A stretch of 64,000 nucleotides of DNA. It comes from Eledone cirrhosa (Eukaryota). Every line of letters begins with the position of its first letter. The stretch's first letter is position 1. A program made the translations under genes and the position numbers. Location: the NCBI GenBank assembly GCA_964016885.1, contig OZ024761.1:10416001-10480000 (forward strand), in the 5' to 3' direction. The notes under the pieces were generated by a model, which worked only from the letters and a program-made list of their open reading frames with translations, made no database searches and was not told the origin of the DNA. This document shows, one piece after another, positions 1-10,900 of this stretch.

Positions 1-95
1 CAATCTGGCACGACTCTATGAGGCCACACATGAATATGATAAAGCTGAGAAACTCTACAAGAACATTCTTAGAGAGCATCCTAACTATGTTGATT
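1..95 (+). CDS. CTR9: CTR9 internal exon (starts before window), TPR region
   Basis: Frame from base 2 reads [31 protein letters not shown](C), matching the remembered human CTR9 [32 protein letters not shown]; donor GTAAG at 96. Confidence 0.95.
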
Positions 96-99
96 GTAA

Positions 100-388
100 G
101 TCTTTTTTCTTTTACTCTCTCTCTCGCACACTCTCTCCTCTTAACTGTGAACTCTCTCCCCTCTACTCCAAACTCTCTCCCCTCTACTCAAAACTCTCTC
201 CCCTCTACTCCAAACTCTCTCCTCTACTCTAAACTCTCTCCTCTACTCCAAACTCTCTCTCCTCTACTCCAAACTCTCTCTCCTCTACTGTAAACTCTCT
301 CCCCTCTACTCAAAACTCTCTCTCCTCTACTCAAAACTCTCTCTCCTCTACTCAAAACTCTCTCCCATCTACTGCAAACTCTCTCCTT
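100..388. repeat. ~21-23 bp pyrimidine-rich minisatellite
   Basis: Unit aaactctctccctctactcc repeated about 11 times. Confidence 0.9.
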
Positions 389-401
389 GATTATTCTGCA
401 G

Positions 402-490
402 GTTACCTGAGGTTAGGGTGCATGGCACGAGATCGAGGACAGATCTATGAAGCATCTGATTGGTTCAAGGAAGCCCTACAGATTAACCAG
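402..490 (+). CDS. CTR9: CTR9 exon
   Basis: ctgcag acceptor, [29 protein letters not shown], donor GTGAG; phase matches neighbours. Confidence 0.95.
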
Positions 491-964
491 GTGAGGCCCT
501 TAATAATAAATATATTTTAACCAGCTGAGAGCCTCCTACTAATAAATATATTTTAACCCTTTAGTTACCAACCCGGCCAAAACCAGCTCTGGTTCTATGA
601 AATAAAGTCATCCAATTTAAATTAAAACCTTCCATAATTTTATATAAGAACCTTACATTAAGTTACTACCTTAGTAATGAAATAATTAATAATTTTAGAA
701 AATCACTCAAACTTCTTTATTAATTAATTAAAATAGAATGTATTCTATTAGAAATGCTGTCATGAAATGAGTCAACATGAAAATTGTTTGTGTTTTGACA
801 GCCACTACTTTCTGTATTTTGTATATATTTATAAGTCCTGGGGTTTTGGTAATTATAATTAACTATTAATAAAATAGTTTTAGTAAGATCAGTCGACACA
901 TTATTTAATTATTTTTTCTTTTTTAACTTTATCAAATTTCTGGTTTTTTTAATTTTTTCTGTAG

Positions 965-1150
965 GATCATCCTGATGCCTGGTCCCTGATTGGAAACCTT
1001 CATTTAGCCAAACAAGAATGGGGCCCTGGACAGAAGAAGTTTGAACGTATTATCCAGAGACCTAACACCAAAGATGACTCTTACTCCCTCATTGCTCTTG
1101 GCAATGTCTGGTTACAGACTCTTCATCAGCCAATCAGAGACAAAGACAAG
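965..1150 (+). CDS. CTR9: CTR9 exon
   Basis: tgtag acceptor, [30 protein letters not shown]...[13 protein letters not shown], donor GTTAG. Confidence 0.95.
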
Positions 1151-1528
1151 GTTAGACATTGGTGTCAACTAGTTGTTGTTAGAGAGAGAGAGATGGAGGG
1201 GTGGACAGAGAGAAGGAGTGCAAGTAGACACAGAGGGGAGCGATAAAGATGTGGACAGGGGGGAGTGGGGAGGACAAAGATACAGATAGACGAGAGGGGC
1301 GAAATATATGGACAGACAAGAGGAGGGTCAAAGGTGGGGAGTGGGTGTATACAGACAAGAGGTGGGGGGAAAAGGTATGGACAAACAGAGGGAGTGGGTG
1401 TCGACAGGCAGTGGATGTCAACAGAGGGAGTGGGTGTCGACAGATAGTATAAATATTCCATATATTTATCTTTATTTCACTTGTAAGGTGAAATGGTTGA
1501 AAGCTAAGATTATATTGAACTATTGCAG

Positions 1529-1616
1529 GAGAAACGGCACCAAGACCGAGCTTTGGCAATGTACAAACAGGTACTGCGGAACGATGCACGGAACATTTGG
1601 GCTTCAAATGGAATTG
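1529..1616 (+). CDS. CTR9: CTR9 exon
   Basis: ttgcag acceptor, [29 protein letters not shown](G), donor GTAAG. Confidence 0.95.
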
Positions 1617-1805
1617 GTAAGTAGTTGTTGTTGTTGTTGTGTGGTCTATAGCAGGCATGTCAAACTGAGGGTCCCCCGAGGGCCACATGGGTCACATATG
1701 TGTTGTTTGAGGGCCACATGAGTCACATTTGTGTTGTCTGAGGGTCACACACAAAACTAATTGTGCATATTACAACTAATTTTTAAAATTTTATATTATG
1801 TATGT

Positions 1806-2013
1806 AGTTAACAGTACACAGTAACACCTGTGTCTTATTACTGTGTAAGTTAACACTACACAGTAACACCTGTGTCTTATTACTGTGTAAGTTAACACTA
1901 CACAGTAAAACCTGTGTCTTATTACTGTGTAAGTTAACACTACACAGTAACACCCATGTCTTATTACTGTGTAAGTTAACATTACACAGTAACATCTGTC
2001 TTCTGTGTAAGTC
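1806..2013. repeat. 42 bp minisatellite, ~5 copies
   Basis: Unit gtaagttaacactacacagtaacacctgtgtcttattactgt. Confidence 0.92.
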
Positions 2014-2105
2014 AATGTTACATAAAGACTATTTCCACTGTTGATGATGATGATGCCTCTAAATAATAACTGAAGTATGTCATTTATTATTGTTGTTGTT
2101 GTTAG

Positions 2106-2254
2106 GTTGTGTTCTGGCCCACAAAGGTTGCATCAATGAAGCGAGAGATATATTTGCTCAAGTTCGTGAGGCAACTGCTGATTTTTGTGATGTCTGGCTC
2201 AATATTGCCCACATCTACGTAGAACAGAAGCAATATGTAGCCGCAGTACAAATG
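2106..2254 (+). CDS. CTR9: CTR9 exon
   Basis: gttag acceptor, [49 protein letters not shown], donor GTCAGT. Confidence 0.95.
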
Positions 2255-2309
2255 GTCAGTTTTATAAAACATTCTTTCTTCTCTCTCTCTATATATATAT
2301 AATATTAAG

Positions 2310-2763
2310 AATATAAGTATGTATACGTACATACATATATGTATACAGACGTACAGTAGTATGTATATATATACATACATGCACACATATATATATGTAC
2401 GTATGGGTTTACCGATCATTTATTATAATGCTCGGTGTGTTTGTAAACAAACAAACAGCCCGAATTAAGCTGTACAGTGTTTAGCAACCATCGTTGCCCC
2501 TTTGTTCAACACTGACAAAGGAACGATGTACTAATAAGCTTGAAACTAGTACATCGTTCCTTTGTCAGTGTTGAACAAAAGGGTAACGATGGTTGCTAAA
2601 CACTACAGCTTAATTCGGGCTGTTTGTTTACAAACAGACCGAGCATTATAATAAATGTTCAGTAAACCCATACGTACATATATATATATGTGTGCATGCA
2701 TATATATACATACTACTGTACGTCTGTATACATATATGTATATTACGTATACATACTTATATT
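2310..2763. repeat. Long inverted repeat (~220 bp arms, 13 nt loop)
   Basis: 2310-2533 is the near-perfect reverse complement of 2547-2763. Confidence 0.95.
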
Positions 2764-2964
2764 TAAATAACAGCCGTACTAAGAGTGAGAAATGAAATTT
2801 CGTTTCATTTTTTCCAATTAAGAATATTAATAAAAGGAAAATATCTTTATAAAACCATATTTATTTTATACGTATTTCAAGGGTACTTATATTTAAGTAC
2901 GCTTTCGTCAGATGAAATATAATATTTGGTGTTAAGATAGTGACATATCTTCATATGAACTTAA

Positions 2965-4195
2965 CCCTTTAGTGTTAAAATCGCCGGAAATTATTTCCCT
3001 TTCATTTGTTCAAACCGCCCGATAACACCCACACTAAAAAATCGTTCTAAAAATAAACAAACCATCATCAAAATCTCATCAATTCGAGATTACTGAGAGA
3101 TTAGGCTCTTACCACGAAAATTAACACTTAATATAGTGAAACAACTTAAAACAAGTGGTTTTTTTAACTTTGAAAGTACAACAAATTTTTTTTTTTGTAT
3201 CAACATGGCTTATGAAAGTAGCGATACCGACTTTGAAGGTTTTACACATGACGGCATTCAGAATAAACAAGAAACAAACGATAATATTAGTGATTTGTCT
3301 TCAAATGAATCAGATGTTTATATTTCTGAAATTTCGTCCAACGATGATTGTTTTGAAAGTGAAAACGAAGGAAATCTCCAGGACGCCATTGAAAATATTA
3401 CAGCAACGTGGTTGAAAAATACCACACCAATATTTGTTCCCAATTTTATTCAAAATACTGGTCCACAACACACTAGCTCCCGATGCTAAAGCACTGGATT
3501 ATTTCTTTTTGTTTTTACCACAAACTTTCTTCGAAGTTGTGGCACTTCAAATCAAGGAAAACCCGATCTGTTTGGCGACCGACAGATGCTGCGGAAATGC
3601 AAGCATTTTTTACCGTAAATATTATGTTCGGTATAAAACTATTTCCAAGACTGTGGAATTACTGGAACACTGATATAAGGTTTAGTGATCCTGATATATC
3701 AAGTATCATGCCGAAAACAACGTATTTAAAATTAAACCAGTATTTGCACCTGGTTGATACTTCAAATGCCTCTATTAATTAATTTCACCTGCCCATAAAA
3801 GTCAAATTTGACCAAAAGAATCAGGTAAAATTATATAATTGTAAATTATTGATATTTAAACATCTACTGACAAAATTTCAAGCCTGCACATAGAAAATTA
3901 CAAACAAATAAAATTGATAACCCTCTTGAGTATGATTAACTCAAAATAATTGTTTCTACTTTTTGGCACAAGGCCAGCAATTACTCAGTGCATTACTGGT
4001 ACTTTATTTTATCGACCCCGTAAGGATGAAAGGTAAAGTTAACCTCGGTGGGATTTGAACTCAGAATGGCAAGGGCCGTAACTCTGTGTCAAAGCATGGC
4101 GTCCGACCCTCTACCGATACTGCCAATCCACTCCCATGATTAACTCAAAATAATGAGAACAGATAAGCTTGAAAATTAATGCGAATGCTAAAGGG
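2965..4195 (+). mobile_element. Internally deleted piggyBac transposon with frameshifted PGBD4-like transposase N-terminus
   Basis: TTAA-CCCTTTAG...CTAAAGGG-TTAA ends; ORF pieces read acidic N-terminus, TGP...LDYFFLF, W.PT..EMQAFF..NIMFGI..P.L.NYW, IMP...Y.KLNQYLH. Confidence 0.88.
3951..4135 (-). mobile_element. tRNA-derived SINE family 1, nested in the piggyBac
   Basis: A/B-box-like head, body gcctttcatccttacggggtcgataaaataaagtaccag; 19 bp TSD atgattaactcaaaataat at 3932-3950 and 4136-4154. Confidence 0.9.
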
Positions 4196-4361
4196 TTAAT
4201 GGTATTATTAATATTCTTAATATAAATGATACTCCAGATAATACTGTAGAGTGCTTCTAATCTGTTGTAAAATTAACTTTGTTGAATAATCAACAAACCA
4301 TATAACTCAATGTTTATATATATATATATTATGTCTTCTATTCCATATATGCTGTCGTCAG

Positions 4362-4478
4362 TACGAGAACTGTTTACGTAAGTTCTTCAAATATCACAAC
4401 ACAGAAGTTCTCCTGTATCTGGCCAGAGCTTATTTCAAGTGTAGCAAACTGAAAGAATGTAAACAACTACTGCTGAAG
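4362..4478 (+). CDS. CTR9: CTR9 exon
   Basis: gtcag acceptor, [39 protein letters not shown], donor GTAAG. Confidence 0.95.
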
Positions 4479-4499
4479 GTAAGTCTACATCCTGTCTGT

Positions 4500-4732
4500 C
4501 TGTCCATATATATATCTATTTATCTATCTGACTGCCCATATATATATCTATTTATCTATCTGACTGCCCATATATATATCTATTTATCTATCTGACTGCC
4601 CATATATATATCTATTTATCTATCTGACTGCCCATATATATATCTATTTATTTATCTATCTGACTGTCCATATATCTATTTATCTATCTGACTGCCCATA
4701 TATATATATATATATATATATTTATCTATCTC
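4500..4732. repeat. ~32 bp minisatellite
   Basis: Unit ctgcccatatatatatctatttatctatctga, ~6-7 copies. Confidence 0.88.
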
Positions 4733-4788
4733 TCTGCCTGTCTTGTGTCTGTTGTATTAATTGCCTGCTATAGAGACAATGTGAATGT

Positions 4789-4834
<46 letters not shown>

Positions 4835-5147
4835 AGGGAACGGACTTTGGCTATGAAAACATCATTTCTGTCTGTTCCTCTGTCTTTAGATTGGGTTGCC
4901 TCGGAAACGTATCCTTATTGCACGAGATGTTATCTGATGATATCACATGACTTGCATAAGGTATCTAACATAATATATCGTCCCATACTCTCCTACGAGT
5001 TTTTGATATATAATACTTATATATATATATATATATGTATGTATGTGTGTGTGTGTGTGTGTAAACTGTAAACAGAAATAACAACACAAACAGCACAGTA
5101 TATGAAAGGAATATATTAGTTTAACGCTTGAAATAGCAGAAAGAGTG

Positions 5148-5183
5148 TCTTCACGTTTCGGACGCTAGTCCTTCATCAGAAGA
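5148..5183 (-). ncRNA. Minimal type I hammerhead motif with GUG at the cleavage triplet (probably inactive), in a ~200 bp repeat (5068-5273)
   Basis: Minus strand UCUU CUGAUGA A GGAC-UAGC-GUCC GAAAC GUG AAGA; same family as 37495. Confidence 0.8.
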
Positions 5184-5364
5184 AAGAATGAGAAATTAGA
5201 AAGATTGAAGGGACAGGCAAGGCGGAGTTGGAAACATTTTTTTTAGAGGAAAATGATAGGTCCATTCATGTTGCTGTCTCATCTGTGTTACTCTCTCATC
5301 AAATATTCCAATCTGAACTATTTTTCTTATAGAAATTCTTCCCTGTATTTTATCTCATTGCCAG

Positions 5365-5510
5365 GCACGTCATGTCTCTCCCAGTGATACAGTCTTATTG
5401 TACAACATTGCTTTGGTACAACAAAAACTTGCAATGTCGATATTGAAGGACGAGAAGAGCAATCTCAAGGCTGTACTAGGTGCAGTTGAGGACTTGAAGT
5501 TGGCTCACAG
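5365..5510 (+). CDS. CTR9: CTR9 exon
   Basis: gccag acceptor, [48 protein letters not shown](R), donor GTAGG. Confidence 0.95.
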
Positions 5511-5619
5511 GTAGGGCCTGTTCTTATTCAGGGTTACTGCCCTCATAAATGGTTTTGGTGGATGTTTGCGGGTTCGTCATGCTCATATGTTATGAATTTT
5601 GCTATGGTTGGGTACTCTT

Positions 5620-5865
5620 CCTGACACCAACTGCTTTACTGTGGTGTAATTTATCATGGCACCAACACTACCACTTTACAGAATCTACTGGGTGCAATTT
5701 ATCATGGCACCAGCACTGCCACTTTACAGAGTGTACTGGGTGTATTTTATCATGGCACCAGCACTACCACTTTACAGAGTGTACTGGGTGTATTTTATCA
5801 TGGCACCAGCACTACCACTTTACAGAGTGCACTAGATGCCATTTTATTATGGCACCAGCACTAGA
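5620..5865. repeat. 48 bp minisatellite derived from the SINE/RTE 3' UTR module
   Basis: Unit tcatggcaccagcactaccactttacagagtgtactgggtgtatttta, ~5 copies. Confidence 0.85.
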
Positions 5866-6746
5866 GAGGTTGTCATCATCATCTTCATTGCTGTTTAATG
5901 ACTATTTTTCCCTTCTTGCATGGGTTAGATGGGTTGTCATGTTATGATGCAAGTCAAGCCGAGTGACTGTGTCTTGCTCACATGGAAGTGTTTCTTGTTT
6001 GGTTTCTACAGTTGGATGCCCTTCTTAATACCAACCATATTACAATATCGACTGGGTTCTTTTTATCATGGCCCAAAAATGACCATCTAGCAGGGTGGTG
6101 ATTTTCATGGCTGTATACTCTTCTTAATGCCAACCACTTTACAGAGTCTACTGGATGGAATTTATTGTGGTACCAACACTAGAAAAGTTGTCATGTTCTT
6201 GATGTGCCCAAAGTGTTTTCCTTCGTCATGGTTTCTAAACACCAACCACTTTACAGAATGTACTGGGTGCAATGTATTCTGTCCCCAGCACTAGAAATGA
6301 CATGTTCTCATCAAGACTAAAGAGTCTGCTCTAACTTCCAAGTTGATCCATCTCAGATTGAACAATGGATGTTGTTCTTGTTGATTTAGCTCCAAGTCAG
6401 CTCTGACATTCAGTCATAGTGTATGTTTTCTATAGGAGTAATACTGGCAGGTGGTGGGCCTGGGAGTTGTTCCATCTCTCTGACTCTTTTGGTTTCAGGT
6501 GTGTGTGTGTATGGGGCCATCAGGAAGATGTAGATTTACTAACCTCCATTGACAATGGCTACATTATATAGCAGCTGGTCTTGGTGACCGCCAGACAGCC
6601 TCGGCCAATGTCGACTGTCGAAAATCTGGGGCCAGAGTGAGAATGAAGTCAAACAGTAGTTGACATTATACATCCCTAGCTGTCATCATGGTTGTTTTAG
6701 TCTCGGTCGTTGACAAGTGACATTTTTGTAAACTCAGAAAATTTAA

Positions 6747-6954
6747 CCCTTTAGCATTTACATTACTCTATATTTACTGCTGTATTTTCATGGTAAAGGT
6801 TTTACCTCACATAATATCGAATCTATGAGATTTTGATATTATTTATTTTGAGAACAATACCTTAACATAAGTATGAGTGGTCAGTTACAACTGGTTTTAA
6901 CAGAAAGAAGTGAGAGAGTTCTGTCCAGATACGGCCGGTTTAAATGCTAAAGGG
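6747..6954 (+). mobile_element. piggyBac-type MITE family A (~208 bp)
   Basis: TTAA TSD, 14 bp TIR ccctttagcattta. Confidence 0.92.
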
Positions 6955-7033
6955 TTAACCCAGTAATGGTAACATAGGTATGAACATACTGAACACTCTG
7001 ACATTAACGGTGTTGTTGGTATTGCCGTTTCAG

Positions 7034-7105
7034 ATATTTCCTGTATCTTGGCCAACATGGAGACCGTATGAAGTTTGATCTGGCACAAGCTGCCATTGAA
7101 GCAGG
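7034..7105 (+). CDS. CTR9: CTR9 exon
   Basis: tttcag acceptor, YFLYLGQHGDRMKFDLAQAAIEA(G), donor GTAAG. Confidence 0.93.
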
Positions 7106-7240
7106 GTAAGTAAGGTTTTATATTAATTAGAAAATAAAATTGTTCAAGGAACAATAATTTTTGCTACAATCTATAGAAAGGCACTACTGAAAATTCTTAC
7201 CAATTATTTCTTAATCTGACAAAAGTTAGTTTTAATTTAA

Positions 7241-7460
7241 CCCTTAGCATCTACATTACTCTATATTTACTATTGTATTTTCATGGTAAAGGCTTTATCT
7301 TACATAATTATCTCACATGATATCGAATCTATGAGATTTTGATATTATTTATTTTGAGAACAATACTTCAACATAAGTATGAGCAGCTGGTTAAAGCCAG
7401 TTTGAGGAGAAAGAGGTGAGAGAATTCCGGCTGGATACAGCTGGTTTAAATGCTAAAGTG
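7241..7460 (+). mobile_element. piggyBac-type MITE family A
   Basis: Collinear copy of 6747-6954, right TIR decayed. Confidence 0.85.
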
Positions 7461-7523
7461 TGAATTTGTTACATCATTGTTATATAGACGGTGTCTTAAT
7501 TAGACTGTCTTGTTGTTGTGTAG

Positions 7524-7659
7524 GCAATGCCATGATTTGCTGAGCCAGGCCCAATACCATGTAGCCAGGGCACGACAGATCGATGAACAGGAGAGAGAAG
7601 TGAGGAAACAACAGGAACAGGCTCGAGAAGCTCATCACCAGAAACAACAGCAGATTATT
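7524..7659 (+). CDS. CTR9: CTR9 exon
   Basis: tgtag acceptor, [45 protein letters not shown], donor GTAAG. Confidence 0.93.
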
Positions 7660-7689
7660 GTAAGTTTATTATCACATCTTAGTCTTGTT

Positions 7690-7852
7690 GTTGGTTATGT
7701 AGTTAAGAGGTTTGCTTTCAGAGCAACGTGGTTTCAAGTTGAGGGTAACAATGTGGCACCTTGAGCAAATGTCTTCTCTTCTACTATAGCCTTGAGTAAA
7801 CTAATGCTTTGTGGGTAAAATTTGGTAGACAGACACTGTGAGGAAGCCTGTT
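7690..7852 (+). mobile_element. Decayed tRNA-derived SINE (family 3)
   Basis: A-box-like tggttatgtagttaag, caccttgagcaaatgtcttc...ctatagcc body. Confidence 0.5.
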
Positions 7853-7871
7853 TTCTCTGTGTGTGTGTGTA

Positions 7872-8954
7872 TCATAATCTATAAAGCTCAGTGTGTGGTC
7901 ATGCTCCTTCGTTATAGAAATCTACGATATAGAATTTCTTCAATTGAAATTTACAATTCAGTATTCGAAATAGTTTTGATTGCGTCTTGACGCAGATAAT
8001 TTTTTCAATTTCACCCACAATTACGCAAAAAATAGATAAAACTCAATATTTTACGATTTTTCTCTCTCATTTAAACTGCTGAACTCTTTCTACTACCATT
8101 CAAAATCTATACAACTTCATGCTACTTTCTCTTTCCAAGCTTGATGGTGATACTGTCCGTTCACACCACTCCCTACTGTCTTAAATTTAGAAAACACATA
8201 TCCTCTATGAGGTTACTAAACCTGCTAGAAACAGCAGCTAACTCTCCTCCATATCACCCCTCCCCACACCACTCCCTACTGTCTTAAATTTAGAAAACAC
8301 ATATCCTCTATGAGGTTACTAAACCTGCTAGAAACAGCAGCTAACTCTCCTCCATATCACATCACTCCCTACTGTCTTAAATTTAGAAAACACATATCCT
8401 CTATGAGGTTACTAAACCTGCTAGAAACAGCAGCTAACTCTCCCCCATATCACACCCCTCCCTATTGTCTTAAATTTAGAAAACATATCTTCTATGAGGT
8501 CACTAAACCTGCTAGAAACAGCAGCTAACTCTCCCCCATATCACACCCCTCCCTATTGTCTTAAATTTAGAAAACATATCCTCTATGAGGTCACTAAACC
8601 TGCTAGAAACAACAGCTAACTCTCCCTCATATCACAACCCTCCCTACTGTCTTAAATTTAGAAAACACAGACAACCATGCAGAACAACTCCATCGCAGCT
8701 CTGTTGTTCGGCTGGCATCGTCTACGCGCGTGTTGCGCAAGTACTGTGAAACAATAAATTTCAACACTTTTTTTGCACAGAGATAATATCCATAGGCGAA
8801 ACTACAATTGTCACTGCTGGCGCAGCTCCTGCTTCCAGGTCTGCAATTCATTCACCCAGTGCCTGGCAGACAAAAAAGTGCTGCCATAAAATGGGTGGTG
8901 CAACCTAACTTTGGTAACTTAATGACCCCGAGCAACACCGGGCTTTAATGCTAG
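7872..8954 (+). mobile_element. Non-autonomous Helitron-like element carrying an internal tandem array
   Basis: A|TC 5' start; 3' GC hairpin cccgagcaacaccggg followed by CTAG|T; no TSD. Confidence 0.6.
8162..8670. repeat. ~91-103 bp tandem repeat, ~5.3 copies
   Basis: Unit ccctactgtcttaaatttagaaaacacatatcctctatgaggttactaaacctgctagaaacagcagctaactctcc... Confidence 0.92.
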
Positions 8955-9063
8955 TATATATATATATGTGAAGTATTTCCGTAGGAAAGGTAAAGGAAAG
9001 GAGAGTGCTCTATGTATGCTATTGAGCTATTTAATTATGTAATAAACAACATAAGAGAATTAT

Positions 9064-9134
9064 TCCATTTACCAAAGGTTTCACGAAGACAGACTAGCTC
9101 AACAGAGACGTCTGAAATCGCTCATCAGAATGAA
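9064..9134 (-). ncRNA. Type I hammerhead ribozyme motif
   Basis: UUCAUU CUGAUGA GCGA..CAGAC..GUCUG..UCGU GAAAC CUUUG GUA AAUGGA; 6 bp stem I, 3 bp stem III, GUA site. Confidence 0.82.
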
Positions 9135-9754
9135 CATTTTCATTCTAATGAAACCTCTTTCGTAAATGGAATAATTGTCTTATGCTGTTTATTACATAAT
9201 ATATAGCGTGAAATTAATAAACATTTGTTGTACTGCCTCTCTGTTTTGTTCCCGTTCAATTTTTCATTATATATATATATAATTGTTTCTACTTTAGGCA
9301 CAAGGCCAGCAATTACCAGTGCATTACTGGTACTTTATTTTATCGACCCCGTAAGGATGAAAGGCAAAGTCAACCTCGGCGGGATTTGAACTCAGATGGT
9401 AAAGGGTAAAATACCAACACATAAAGATTATATATATATATAATCTTTATGTGTTGGTATTTTAACGATAGTTATAGCTCTGATTTATCTAAATTATTGA
9501 GCCCTCTGCCACTCATATCGGATTTGTTTATCGTTAATTCGTGAGCTGATTTTCCGATACTCGATTATTCTATTATATATATATATATATATATATTGAG
9601 TCGTCAAGTATGAAATTTGTAGAAATTTTTTTTCCTACAAATTTCATACTTGACAACGCAATTCAATTGAAGCACTCAACGCCATGTTACTTCTTCAAAA
9701 TAAGAATGAGGGAAATGCGAAGTTGTAGATGTTAAAGAGTCCTTTATTAATAAG

Positions 9755-9805
9755 GCTGTGATACATATTTCAATGACAATCTATATCGTGATTTCATCAG
9801 ACAGC
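9755..9805 (-). ncRNA. Minimal type I hammerhead motif
   Basis: GCUGU CUGAUGA AAUCACGAU-AUAG-AUUGUCAUU GAAAU AUGU AUC ACAGC; 5 bp stem I, AUC site. Confidence 0.78.
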
Positions 9806-10157
9806 AAAATTGAGTAAAGGTAACGTTTCTGAGGCAACCATGGCTGTAACGGAGCGGACTAAAGAAATGTTATTGCTTGGGTTCCGGATTTTTCATGTGT
9901 GTGTGTGTGTGTGTGATTGATGGCTGGTAAACATGCAAAAATCCAGAGTAACAAACTCATTATTCAGCCTTAATAAAATGAATATTTATATAAGAGATGT
10001 CAACATGAAAGAACCTGTTATTTTTATCTAAAGACATTTTTTCCAATTCCAACTCGCCTGTTGATAAAGGACCATCGCCTGAAACGTTAAGACCGTCTTC
10101 CTGCTATTTCAAGTGTTAAACTAATATATCCCTTCAATATACTGTAGCCCAAGTGAA

Positions 10158-10323
10158 GGCGCATGGCTTAGTGGTTAGAGCATTAGGCTTGCAATCGAAA
10201 GGTTGCGAGTTCAATTCTCAGACCGGGTGATGTGTTGTTTCCTTGAGCAAGACACTTTATTTCACGTTGCTCCAGTTTACTCAGCTGTAGAAAGGAGATG
10301 ATAGGACTGAGGTCCCTATCATT
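10158..10323 (+). mobile_element. tRNA-derived SINE family 2 (CORE-like), 3'-truncated
   Basis: tggcttagtggttag A-box, gagttcaattct B-box, ccttgagcaagacacttt...ctcagctgtagaaa resembling the CORE domain. Confidence 0.85.
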
Positions 10324-10421
10324 AAATTACCCAAGACACCTCCAACCAGATATATTTCTGTTTACCTTTTACATATATATATATATATATATCAACCTCT
10401 CTCTGTCCTATATTATTCAAG

Positions 10422-10550
10422 ATGGAGAAGCAGAAGGAGAAAGAAGAAAAGGAGAGACGTTTGGCAGAGCAACGTGCTGTGATTGTGCAGAAAGCCAAGA
10501 AACTTGCTCAAGAGGTCGAAGCAGCTGAGGAAGAGAAGCCTAGACGTAGG
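10422..10550 (+). CDS. CTR9: CTR9 exon (coiled coil)
   Basis: ttcaag acceptor (exact AG uncertain, in-frame alternatives follow), MEKQKEKEEKERRLAEQRAVIVQKAKKL...KPRRR, donor GTAAGT. Confidence 0.85.
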
Positions 10551-10754
10551 GTAAGTATGTCGTTGGGTTTATATATATATGTGTATGTGTGTCTGGCTGT
10601 ATTTATATATATATATGTGTGTGTGTGTGTATATCATCTCAGAAACCCAACTAAGTTAAGACCAGTTAGGGATCCCTGCTCCTTTCTCGGGGTCCACAAT
10701 TCTTGAGCAGATGAACTTGATATTTAATAGATCTGTCTTTCTTTCCATTGACAG

Positions 10755-10900
10755 AAGAGGAAATATGATGATGACATAGTGACGGATGGTTCCGGTGATG
10801 AAATGCCACGTAAGAAGAAGAGACGTAGGGGTGGCGGCAGTGGCTCGGAAGAAATGGGATCTGACGGTGAGATGAGGAAAAAGGTGAAACGAAAGAGGAG
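10755..10900 (+). CDS. CTR9: CTR9 exon (basic/acidic tail)
   Basis: gacag acceptor, KRKYDDDIVTDGSGDEMPRKKKRRRGGGSGSEE...KRKR(R), donor GTTAGT. Confidence 0.88.

Noticed and set aside
2041-2075. Intronic C/D box snoRNA (TGATGA...CTGA)
   Set aside because: Part of a (TGA)n run, too short and without a terminal stem.
10158-10230. tRNA gene (also 12740, 39192, 50182, 63699)
   Set aside because: A/B boxes are present but there is no acceptor stem, and each continues into a SINE body.
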